Below are positions 53,218 through 64,000 of a DNA stretch of 64,000 nt, piece by piece. The DNA comes from Geosiphon pyriformis uo1. Its lineage: Eukaryota; Fungi; Glomeromycota. Every line of letters starts with the position of its first letter. Within the stretch, counting starts at the first letter, position 1. The notes below the pieces were generated by a model that saw only the letters and a list, made by a program, of their open reading frames with translations, searched no databases and was not told the origin of the DNA. The translations under genes and the position numbers were made by a program. The DNA lies in contig JAAOMT010000235.1 in NCBI GenBank assembly GCA_016748015.1, forward strand, positions 79,453-143,452, given 5' to 3'.

Positions 53218-55631
53218 TAAAAAACTCTTTCTCTCTTAATTTTCATGACCATAACTAAAGCTAAGAATAAAAAAGTTCCAAACAGTACTTTTTTTATAGT
53301 AACTAATAAAGTTTTAACATGAGAGGGCCTTTCTGTTATTGAAGCAGCTAGACAAAACATTCTGGCTACATTTCCATTAAAAAATATTAGTGAAAAGCTG
53401 CTTTTAGCAGCTTCTGGTTTATTTTCTTCTCTAGTCAAAGTTTCTTCAAAAAAACACACTTGGGTTAGTTCCAGTGTAGTCTCTACTATTTCTAAAAACC
53501 CAAAGATTTTTAATAACAGGCCAGTCAACAAGTTGGTCTTTCCTGCTTTTACCACTCCCACTATTACTTCTACTGTTACTGCTTCATAAATGGCTGTGAA
53601 AGCCAAAAATTCCAAAAAACAGCAGCAGGCAGTCACAACTGCTATGGTCACACCAAACCCCTTTGTGGTTCCAGATGAGATCTTCAGTAAAATCTCTACA
53701 GCAGCAGCCAGCCCTATTCCTGATATGGATGGCAACAGCAGCAGCACATCTCCCAAGATGGGCCAAGATTAACCACTGGCTGTGTTGCCTGATGTGGTAC
53801 TCTTTGGCAGATCATTGTCAATCCCAGTAGCAAAACAGTCCATCAATCTAGATAATCTCAAAGATTGGGCTGATCAAATGGAAATGGAATCAACTGTCCC
53901 CCCCCAGTTTCTGGTGTATCTGATGCTGGTGCTTGGGTGAATGTGAGTGGACATCAAAGATTCTCTGGTTGGGTGGCCTCCAATCTTGTACCTGGTACTA
54001 TGTTTAAAATCAAGATGGCTTTGCTCAGTTCTTTGTTTCAGTTGCTGCCTGGTTGTATTGGGCTTAAATCTGTTTCACGAGATGCTGTCAAGTTGTTCTG
54101 TATGGAATTTGCATTTCAGGAGTGTCTAAATGGTGCTACCAAAGTGGCCATTGGTGATAAGATTTTTTTGACCACTCTTAAGATTGCACAGTCTTCAGGA
54201 GTGACCTCTGTTTCTTCCCCTTCTTTGTCAGTTGCACTGCGCAATGTACCCTTGAGTACCTCTTCTGATGACATCAAATCTGCTCTTGGCATTTTTGGTG
54301 TTATCACTTCTGTTAAGTTGAAGCCTGTTGGCTTATGGCAATATGCTGTGGTTAACTTTAAGGACATTTTTTCTGCTGCTGCTGCTTTCTCTAACTGGTC
54401 TGTGTTGGTCAGAAAAGTTAATGTTAAGATTCTTCCCATTGCCAACCAAAAGGAGGTTATCTCCTCAAGAGATGCTTTCAAAGCTAAACTGGTTAATCTT
54501 CCATTTGGCTGCACTGCATTTGAGATAAGTGATCTGGTCTTCCAAGTTGGTGGCCGTATGTGCTTTATTCCCCGCTCTCCTGATTCCTATTAACATCAAT
54601 GCTTTGCTGTGGTGACTTTTAATTCCTTAGAATCTTTAAATACTGCTGTTTCAAAAACTGGTATTTTACGTGGCTGCCGCATCTAGTGAGAAACTCCTGA
54701 ATGTTGTCACTGCTATAGATGTCAAAGTTTAGATCATTTGGCTGTGAACTACAAGGTGTTGCCACCTTTCTCTCCCAAACTCTCTTCTAATTCTGCTGGT
54801 GGTCCCGTCTTTCTCAAGTTGTCTCTTGTTGAAGCTAAATCCTATGCCAAAGCTGCCACCTCTGTGGTTCTTTCAGTTGCTGCTGTTGCTAATATGGGTC
54901 TGGCTTTCAGTACATTTCCCAAAGTTGTGGGGCCGCTGTTGCCGGTTGCCTCCTCTGGTTCAGATGTTGCTGTTAATACTAGATTGGCTTCTCTGGAAAC
55001 CCAACTTAGTGAACTGTCTTTGTTGATCAAATCTATAGTTGAGCCTGTGGGTTCTTTGGTTGCATTGGTTACTACGTTATTGTCTACTCCACCAGTTATG
55101 ACTAAGGCAATGAAGGAAAGTGTGATTGGATTGGGAAACCAAATTAAGGCTGTTCATGCTGTGGCTTCTGTGCTGCAAAAGGAAGTGGAGATTCTCAAGT
55201 TAAGGAGTGAGAAGGTACAATATAACATATCTGATGATAAAGACATAGATGATGATGATGATGATGATGATGCTAAAAATTTTTCGGTCTATGATGATAC
55301 ATTTGATGCAATGATAGAGTTATGGGAAGTTCAATCCTCTAATATCAAGTCCGATCCAGATCAGACAGCTAAGTGGATGAGCAGTCTTGTTAAAAGTAGT
55401 CATGAACTGGTATGCATTATGGGTAAGATGTATGAATTAGATATGTTTAATACATTAGGTAGCAAAGATAGTACTAGCGTGTAGTTAGAGCTTTCTGCTT
55501 GTGGTTAGCTGCATCTTGTAATATGTATTATTGGGTGAGCTGGCTTTATGAAACCACCATATTACTGTGGACTAACTAATAAACAACCAGTATGGCTACA
55601 TGTTAACAAAAAAAAAAAAACAAAAAAAAAA
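53218..55631 (+). mobile_element. ORF1-only element copy 6 (subfamily b), full length, lying within Gypsy pol
   Basis: ATG 53245, stop at 55484, shared tail, poly(A) from 55608; Gypsy sequence on both sides. Confidence 0.9.
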
Positions 55632-58600
55632 CAAAGAGAACCTTCTCTTGAAAAAAGAAAAATAGACATTTAAAATCTGTTGGCTAGAAATAGCCCAGTT
55701 ATTTTAAAAGAAAATAATACCCCTGGACAAATCCATATAATACAACATATTATTACCACAAAAGAAACTTGTCTTATCTATTTGAAGCCTTATTAATCCA
55801 ATTGATGCAATAATGAGTTTATCAAGAAAGAGATAAACCAGATGAAAGATCTTGGATTCATACAAAAAACCAAGAGTAAATGAGCTTTCTCAGTTGTAGT
55901 GGTATCTAAAAAAAGTAAAACCCTATGCTTCTGCATTGATTACTGCCATTACTATAAGAGACATGTACCCACTCCTTAAAATTGATGCAATGCTAGATAA
56001 ATTTAATAGTGCTGCTTTCTTTTCAATTATTAACTTAACTGCTAGATTCTGGCAAGTAGAGATGGATCCAGAAAACAGAAAGAAAACTGCCTTCATCACC
56101 AAGTATAACACCTATGAATTCACAGTCATGCCTTTTGGTCTTATCAATGCTCCTCCCACTTTTCAACACCTAATGAATAAAGTGTTTAAATCAGTAAAAA
56201 AAAACTTTGTTCTGGTTTATTTGGATGATATAATGATATATTCAAAAACCTGGAATAAACATCTTGAACATTTACAAAAGGTTTTTGACCTGCTCAAAAA
56301 TGCTGGTTTCAAGATCAATCCAATCAAATCTTTCTTTGGATGCCAATCCACCCAGTTCTTTGGTCATCTTATTACAAAAGATGAAATCTTCTCTGACTTA
56401 GCTAAAGTTGAAAAAGTTCAGAACATTAAACAACCAATGAATGTTCCTGAACTACACTCTTTCTTTGGTTTGGCCTTTTACTATTGCAAATTTATTAAAA
56501 ATTTCTCCAAAATTGCCTTTCCTCTCAATCAGCTACTCAGAAAAAATGTCAATTATCACTGGGACACTCATTAACAAAAAGCTTTTGAAATTTTGAAGGA
56601 AAAACTTGTTACTGAACCAATTTTCAAGCAACTTGATTTGGACCAACCTTTTATCCTCTACACTGATACATCCAGCTATGGACTTGGTGCTGTTCTTTTA
56701 CAGAAAGATGAAAATGGCAGAGAACATGCCATAGCATATACCAGTAGATCCCTCACACCAGCAGAAAAGAACTATTCAGTTATTAAACAAGAATGTTTAG
56801 CAGTAGTTTGGGCTATTAGTTACTGGGATCAATATCTTCTTGGTGCAAAATTCTTAGTGGTAACAGATCATCAAGCCTTGGTTTGGCTGCACAATAAAAA
56901 GAAGCTGGAACACAAATGAATAATTTACTGGATACTCCACTTGGATGAATTTGACTATGATATTCAACACTACAAAAGAGCAAATCATCAAAATGCTGAT
57001 GTTCTCTCTAGACTTACCATTCAATGATAGTACAATCTCTCAAACCAAATCAACTTAATTATTAGTAACTTTTTCACAAACAAACATGATAATGGACTTG
57101 GACAACTATTCTGCCTTAATAGAATTTTTGGATAAAGGACAATACCCACTAGAATACACTTGATAGCAAAAAGAACATTTGTGCAAACAATCAAATTTCT
57201 ATTTGATTTGCCAAAACCAACTATATAAAAGAAATAGAAAAGATCTTGACCACCTCCAGAGAGTCATCAGATTTAAAGAAAGAGAAATTGTAATATACAA
57301 CATGTACACTGACCTATTAGCTGAACACTTTGGAAAAACAAAAACAATTCAGAAAACTTTAGCTCACTATTATTGGCCTATCTTGGGAAAGGACATTACT
57401 GAATACATCAAAACTTGTGACATCTGTCAAAGAAAATGCAAACCCAATCGCAAAAAAAATATCCATCCAATCTCTGTTGGTCAACCCTTTGACAGAATTG
57501 GTATAGATGTTGTTGGATCTTTAACAATAACTCCAGATGGCAACAGATATATTATTACAGTTATTGACTATCTTATAAAGTGGATAGAAGCAAGAGCCAC
57601 TTTAGACCAAACAGCAGTCTCAATAGCCAATTTCATTTATAAAGATATCATCTGCCATTATGGCTGCCCCAAAAAACTTTTATCTAATAGAGGAAGAGCT
57701 TTTTACAGTACACTGGTTGAAAAACTTTGTAGAAAAATAGAAATATGTTATAAATTTCCCTTCTCTTATCACCTCCAAACAAATGACCTAGTAAAATGTT
57801 TCAATAGAACACTATGTGAAACCCTAACCAAAACCAGCAAAGAAACAAACTTATGAAACAAAGTACTGCCTTCAGCTTTGTTTGCTTATAGAACTATAAA
57901 TCATAACATAACAAGTTATGAACCTTTTTATCTGCTCTATGAACACATGGCAACATTACTAATAGAAACTGATATTAAAACAATATTCTTTGAAGAAATC
58001 ACAATAGGGAATTACAAAGACATTTTGCAAAGAAGACTTGGTATCATTCTTAACTCATTAGTAGAAGCACAAATAATTGCCTTTGAAAAGATAAAACAAT
58101 TCCAAGAGAAGCTTAAGAAAAAGAAAACATATAAAACACTTTCTTTAAGTGTTGGTGACTTGGTACTAGAATACCATTCTGACAGACACAATGTCTATGG
58201 TGATAAATTCTCTAGCTGGTGGAAAGGACTCTTTATAGTCAACAAAGTTTTGAACAATGGTTCTTATATCTTACAAGATCAATATGGAACAATCTTCAAT
58301 GATTGTCCTGTTCATGGCACACGACTCAAGAAATATCATAAATGATTTAATTGGCTGCCTTTTGTGGTAATACCAACTCAAATAATCAGCAAAAATTAAA
58401 TATTAATAAATGCACCATTCCCAAAACAGAGGTATCTTCAATTGACATGAACAATTATTTTCTGGATCAAAACATTCAAAACATCTTTTATACTCTTCAT
58501 AAGTATTGGATCAAAAACTATCCAAATGCTATTCTGACCATTGGAAAACAAACCACCATAACTGATAATAGTGGAACACATACTGTTATTAAACCAAAGA

Positions 58601-58985
58601 AAACTACTACCAGAAGAGAAAGAATTGGTAGTAAAATGGATAAATATCTGTTAGAAAGTATAATAGCAGCTATACTCACACCTTCCAACACAATTGGAAA
58701 AACACTTCAAAAAATCTTACCTATAGACAAAAACTTGTCATATAGAAGACAATTAGAACTCTATGGTCACCTTGGTGAAATTATAGAGAATATAAAACTC
58801 ATGAAAAAAACAACTTCAGAGATACAAGCAAAAATTTTGGGCATTATACAGTTAGATGTCTCAAGAGTTTTAACTATTGCTAAAAGAGCCCAAAACTCTA
58901 ATACAAAGATTTAGTCTCTTGAATACAAAACTTATTTTGCCTTAAGTATTATATATCTTATCCATAAAAAACTTCAACAAACTAG
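55632..58985 (+). mobile_element. pol: Gypsy family A internal region: RT-RH, separate IN (ATG 57086), ORF-X; truncated by copy 4
   Basis: VYLDD, TDHQAL, stop TGA 57025-57027, GIDVVG, VHGTRLKKY, ORF 58351..58914. Confidence 0.9.
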
Positions 58986-61900
58986 TATTACGGGTTGGAG
59001 TAACAAGCTAATGGATAGCAAGGGAGAACAAGATTGTAGGGTGATAGAAATAATCAAATAGAAATTCAACTTTAAAGAGCGAATTGAATGAGTATGGATT
59101 CAATATGCAAGATCAGTCTCATAAAATATCTCAGTCGCTATTCTTTTCAAAGGTAACAAGGGAATTTGAAGGTAGAGGGATAGTCTGTACTATCAAACAA
59201 TTAATCACCACTGGTATAATTTTATGCCTCACGTCGGTGCTCTTAGAATTCAATATCAGGTATCAACTTGTGCTTTTCAGTCATGTTTATTCAAATAATC
59301 TTCAAATGTTACAATTATATACGTCAGGAAAAGGCCAACAAGTAATCTTTTATCCTAAGATGTTCAAATACTTGAAGGTAAGGAAAAAGAAATTTAGCAA
59401 TAAGAAAGTGATTAAGATGAAAGTTGTTATTTTTATTTATTTGATTTTTGTCTGAAAGATGATTTTCTACAGCTAAGAGACTTATTGCTTATATAGCTAT
59501 TGAAAGTGGTCAATGACCAGGTCAACGGTCAGGTCAACGGTCAGGTCATTGATCAGGTCAATGATCACTATCTAAAAATAGAGTGGCTAATTATATGACA
59601 TTAGTGGCTAATACATGTGATAATTAATAAAAATTATGAGTTTCAACCATAACATCATCCTCTCTAAAGAGATTAAGCTCCAGTAAAATCAAGCTATTTA
59701 TAGGGTATTTTAATTGAAGGGTTTTGTCTAACTCAAAACTAACTGGTTTGTTGAAGTCTTTTGTGGATAAAGTATATAGTACTTAAGACAAAATAAGCTT
59801 TGTATCCAAGAGACCAAATCTTTGTATAAGAGTTTTGGCTCTTTTTGCAATGGTCAAAACTCTTGAAACATCTAAATATATAATGCCCAAAATTTTCATT
59901 TGTATCTCTAAAGTTGTTTTCTTCATGAGCTTTATTTCTTCTATGATTTCACCAAGACAACCATAGAGTTTTAGTTGTCTTCCATATGACAAGTTTTTGT
60001 CTATGGGCAAGATTTCCTTAATCGTTTTTCTAATTGTCATGGAAGGTATTAGTATTGCTGCTGTTATGCTTTCTAGCAAATACTTATCCATTTTGCTACC
60101 AATTCTTTTTCTTTGGTAGTGGTTTTCTTTGGTCTAATAACAGTATGTGTTCCACTGTTATCAGTTATGGTAATTTGTTTTCTAATGGTCAGAGTAGCAT
60201 TTAGATAATTTTTGATTCAGTACTCATGGAGAGTATAGAAAGTGTTTTGAATGTTTTGATCTAGAAAATAATTGTTCATGTTAATTGAAGATACCTCTGT
60301 TTTGGGAATGATGCATTTATTTATATCTGATTTTTGTTGATCATTTGGGTCGGTATTATCACAACAGGTAACCAATCAGATCATTTGTAATATTTCTTGA
60401 GTCGTGTGCCATGAACAGGGCAATCATTGAAGATTGTTCCATATTGATCTTGTAAGATATAAGAACCATTGTTCAAAACTTTGTTGACTATAAAGAGTCC
60501 TTTCCACCAGCTAGAGAATTTATCACCATAGACATTGTCTCTGTCTGAATGGTATTCTAAAACTAAGTTACCAACACTTAAGGAAAGTGTTTTATATGTT
60601 TTTTTTTTCTTAAGTTTCTCTTGGAATTGTTTTATCTTTTCAAAAACAATTATTTGTGCTTCTACTAATGAGTCAAAAATAGTACCAAGTCTTCTTTGCA
60701 AAGTGTTTTTGTAATTCCCTATTGTTATTTCTTCAAAGGATATTGTCTCAATGTTAGTTTTTATTGGTAGAGTTGCCATTTGTCTATAGAGTAAATAAAA
60801 GGATTCATAACTTGTTATGTCATGATTCACAGTTCTATAAGCGAACAAAGCTGAAAGCAGTACTTTGTTCTATAAGTTTGTTTTTTTGCTGGTTTTGGCT
60901 AGGGTTTCACATAGTATTTTATTGAAACATTCTACTAGGCCATTTGTTTGGGGGTGATAAGGAAAAGAAAGTTTGTGATGTATTCCCATTTTTCTGCAAA
61001 GTTCTTCAACAAGTATACTGAGAAAAGCTTTTCCTCTGTCAGATAAAAGTTCTTTGGAACAGCCATGGCGACAAATAATATCTTTATAAATGAAATTGGC
61101 TATTGAGACTGCTGTTTGGTTTGGAGTAGCTCTTGCTTCTACTTACTTTGTAAGATAGTCGGTAGCTGTGATAATGTATTTGTTGCCATCAAGAGTTATT
61201 GTTAAAGGTCCAACAACATCTATACCAATTCTGTCAAAGAGTTGACCAACAGAGATTGGATGGATATCTTATTTGTGATTGGGTTTTCCTCTTCTTTGGC
61301 AGATATTACAGGTTTTGATGTATTCAGCAATGTCTTTTCCCAAGGTAGGCCAATAATAATGAGCTAGAGTTTTCTGAATTGTTTTTGTTTTTCCAAAGTG
61401 TCCAGCTAATGGATCAGTGTGCATATTGTAGATCACAATTTCTTTTTCTTCAAATCTGATGACTCTTTGAGGGTGGTTAGGATTTTTTCTATTTTTTTTA
61501 TAAAGTTGGTTTTGGTAAATCAAATAGAAATTTGATTGTTTGCGCAAATGTTCTCTTTGTTGTTGTGTGTATTTCAGTGGGTATTGTCCTTTACCCAAAA
61601 ATTCTATTAAGACAGAATAGTTGTCTAAGTCTATTATCATGTTTGTCAAAAAGGAAAAATTACTAATAATTAAGTTGGTTTGGTTTGAGAGGGTTGTTCT
61701 GTTACTAGATGATAAGTCTGGAGAGAGCATCAGCATTTTGATGATTAGCTCCTTTGTGATGTTGAATATCATAGTTGAATTCATCCAAGTAGAGTATCCA
61801 GTAAGTTATCCGTTTGTGTTCTAGCCTCTTTTTGTTGTGCAGCCAAACCAAAGCTTGGTGATCTGTTATCACCAAAAACTTCACACCAAGAAGATACTTA

Positions 61901-64000
61901 CTCCAGTAACTGGTGGACCATACTACTGCTAAGCATTCTTGTTCAGTGACTGAATAGTTCTGTTCTGCTGGGGAAAGGGTTCTATTGGCATAGGCTATGG
62001 CATGTTCTTTGCCATTTTCATCTTTCTGGGAGAGAACAGCACCAAGTCCAAAGCCAGATGTATCAGTGTGGAAGATAAAGGGTCGATTTAGATCAGATTG
62101 CTTGAGAATGGGTTCTGTAACCAGTTTTTCTTTTAAAGTTTCAAAGGCTTTTTGCTGATGTGTTCCCCAATGGTAATTGACATTTTTCCTGAGTAGCTGA
62201 TTGAGAGGAAAGGCAATTTTGGAGAAATCCTTGACAAATTTGTGATAATAAGAGGCCAAACCAAAAAAAGAGCATAGTTCATAAATGTTCATTGGTTGTT
62301 TGATGTTTTGGACTTTTTCGACTTTGGCTGGGTCAGGAAAGATTCCATCTTTTGTGATAAGATGACCAAGAAACTGGGTGGATTGTCTTCCAAAGAAAAA
62401 TTTGATTGGGTTGATCTTGAGGCCAGCATTTCTAAAGAGGTCAAAAACCTTTTGCAAATGTTCCAAGTGTTCATCCCAGGTTTTTGAGTATACTATTATG
62501 TTGTCCAAATAGACTAGAACAAAGTTTTCCTTGACTGATTCAAATACTTTATCCATTAAGCATTGAAAGGTGGGAGGGGCATTGGTGAGACCAAAAGGCA
62601 TGACTGTGAATTCATAGGTGCCATACTTGGTAATGAAGGCAGTTTTCTTTTTGCTTTCTGAATTCATCTCTACTTGCCAAAATCCAGCAGTTAAGTCAAT
62701 GGTTGAGAAGAAAACAGCATCTTTGAATTGATCTAACATTGCATCAATCTTGAGAAATGGATACATGTCTCTTTTAGTAATGGAATTTAATTGGTGGTAG
62801 TCAACACAGAAGCGTAGTGTTCCACCTTTCTTGGATATCACTACAACTGGGAAAGCCCATTCACTCTTGGTTTCTTGTATGAATCCAAGTTCTTTCATCC
62901 GGTTTATCTCTTTCTTGATAAACTCATCATTGTGCCAATTGGATTGATAAGGCTTCAAATAGATGGGTCGAGTTTTTCTGGTGGTGATAGTGTGTTGTAT
63001 TACATGAGTATGTCCAAAAGTATTACCTTTTTTGAAGATAACTGGGCTATTTCTAGCCAGCAAATTTTCAATGTCTATTTTTTTTTCTTCTGGAAAGGGT
63101 TCTTTTTGTTCCACAACTAGTGATTGGATCTCAAGTGGTTCATTCTCAAAGGACTTCTGTATTTCTTTCAATTCTTCTCTGGGTATCAAACTGATTGGTT
63201 CCCAATCTCTGTAATAGATCAGGCATGATTTGCATTCATTGCTTGGAGAATACAAGAGTTTGTTGCATTAACACTGGGCACAAGAACCATGCCACCAAAA
63301 ACTGTATTTGGCTTTCTTGCCAGGTTTTCTTTTAAAGGTTCTTCTAAGAATATCATAATAAGGCCAGCAGATCAGCTTGCCATTTACAATGATTCCTTCT
63401 TTGTCTGCTTTAATATTGTCCAGTGGTTTGCTATTGTTGCTAAAGGTGGTATAGGCGAGTTCAGCAGTTTCTTCTTGCTCTTCTTGTTCTTCTTTTTCAT
63501 CACTCTCTTCATCATCTGATTCATCTGATTGTTCTTCTTCTTGGTTTTGTTTGGATACTGGGAGAGTTGTCCAATGGTGACACTTAATCACAATGGGTTT
63601 CTCACCACATCTGATGGTTAATTCACAAAGTTCATAATCAAGCAAAGCTTTTGCTTTCTTGAGCCATTCATTGCCAACAATAATGGTGTATTCCTTGGCT
63701 TCAGAAACTTCCATGTCAGTTTCAATGCTAATTCCATTGATGTGGACAGGAACAGCTTTGGCAATACCCAGTTCTTTTTTTTTGTTACTATGTACGTTGG
63801 TCATTGATCTGGTAGAAGATTCATCAATCTTTCTACCAATTGCTTCCAAGAAGTGTTTGGCAATGACACTAACAGATGATCTACTGTCCAGAATTAAGTC
63901 AATAAAGTATCCAGCCACTTGGGCTTTACAAATCAGAGGGGTGATATTGCTGTTGTCAGCAAGTCCAGCTTGGCGAGGGTGCTTGTTGGTTTTTGGTGTC
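58986..64000 (-). mobile_element. pol: Gypsy family A copy 4 (3' LTR 58986-59654, ORF-X, IN, RH-RT, PR), running off the window
   Basis: ORFs 63268..63918 (PR), 61705..63255 (RT-RH), 61269..61784 and 60381..60848 (IN), 59783..60091 (ORF-X). Confidence 0.93.

Noticed and set aside
48476-53520. Near-identical duplications (48945-49313 = 52724-53092; 51673-52080 = 53113-53520; 48476-48924 = 49886-50333) suggesting a tandem or circular element
   Set aside because: Each abuts a 20-N scaffold gap, which is typical of overlapping contig ends or collapsed repeats; long reads are needed.
59084-59455. Antisense ORF within the LTR (also 40073..40378)
   Set aside because: Frame and ends are not kept among LTR copies.

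Overview
AT-rich, CpG-poor eukaryotic DNA, most likely an early-diverging fungus. The repeats recall Glomeromycota/Geosiphon hypothetical proteins, but that is from memory and unverified. No host gene is recognisable: the window is a nest of decayed retroelements whose order can be rebuilt from target-site duplications (TSDs). Three main families are present. (1) An autonomous L1-like LINE of about 7.4 kb: ORF1 with RRMs and CCHC; ORF2 with APE, RT, RNase H and zinc finger. (2) A non-autonomous ORF1-only poly(A) element of about 2.4 kb (7 copies or fragments). It encodes a distant paralogue of the LINE ORF1p, fused at the stop codon to the LINE's own structured ~150-nt 3' tail (a fungal half-L1-like parasite). 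(3) A Ty3/Gypsy LTR family (4 internal copies plus a solo LTR) with an unusual four-cistron layout: gag, then PR-RT-RH via a U-UUA-AAC -1 frameshift, then a stop, then integrase as a separate ORF, then an unknown accessory ORF running into the 3' LTR. It has 4-bp TSDs, an elongator tRNA-Met PBS and two extra tRNA-Met-complementary boxes in the LTR. The window start holds the 3' end of a second Gypsy family with a homologous accessory ORF. All ORFs are broken, mainly by C>T/G>A changes. The region 48.5-53.5 kb has gap-flanking duplications that are probably assembly artefacts.
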